A stretch of DNA of 64,000 bases from Ancylonema sp. (lineage: Eukaryota), in NCBI GenBank assembly GCA_050230475.1, contig JBFLGF010000033.1, forward strand, positions 1-64,000, read 5' to 3'. The position numbers and the translations under genes are program-made. This document shows, piece after piece, positions 63,699 through 64,000 of the stretch. The notes beneath the pieces are model-generated. The model was not told where the DNA came from. It searched no databases and saw nothing but the letters and a program-made list of their open reading frames with translations. Positions within the stretch are counted from its first letter, which is position 1. Each line of letters begins with the position of its first letter.

Positions 63699-64000
63699 AC
63701 ACCTCGAATACCAAATTCGATGGAATTATTGAATATATTAGCACTTCGGAGGCCCAATGTAGCTACAAAATTAGCAGTATCGGTGCGAGGATTAATTCCG
63801 AATGACAACTCAAATGCGGAAGAATCAATTTATCAAATTGGCTAGAACAAGTCTCATTGTATATCAATTTCTGCAGTAGAAGCCAGCCCCTCCTGTAGCT
63901 GGTATCGAGGAAGATTTTCTCTCCGAGGGCGTCGGAGGCAAGATGAACTCGAACTCAGTGCTACGAAAAGTGGCGAAAAGTGGCGAGGGTGCGTTTATAT

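Overview
Eukaryotic, intron-rich green-plant DNA, most consistent with a streptophyte alga (inferred from plant-type TMT, CA1Pase-like and WW-less Pin1 genes alongside ACAD8, and from short GC-rich introns). Ten host genes can be reconstructed. In order: an intronless CAMK/PPCK-like kinase (+), a tonoplast sugar transporter (-), an RNI-like LRR protein (-), a PDAP1/HASP-like protein (-), an RSM22/METTL17-like protein (-), dymeclin (+), Pin1 (-), a tandem His-phosphatase CA1Pase-like protein (+), PCH2/TRIP13 (-) and ACAD8 (-). The 14.3-31 kb stretch is largely a transposon graveyard. It holds a full-length Ty1/copia element (LTRs, PBS, TAATA TSD) nested in an older LTR, a Gypsy integrase relic, a PBS+zinc-knuckle relic and a probable solo LTR. 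Four single-N scaffold joins flank exact duplicates, which are assembly artefacts. Most interesting: (1) a relic of a cytosine-5 DNA methyltransferase C-terminus, of the kind carried by retrotransposons, embedded in GTATCG-rich repeat DNA at 58.2-58.6 kb; (2) a copia whose integrated left end includes the polypurine tract; (3) diverged tandem copies of exon blocks in RSM22 and dymeclin; (4) a ~190-bp loopless palindrome upstream of the kinase. Gene spans were built by eye from splice sites and remembered family motifs. No database search was run.
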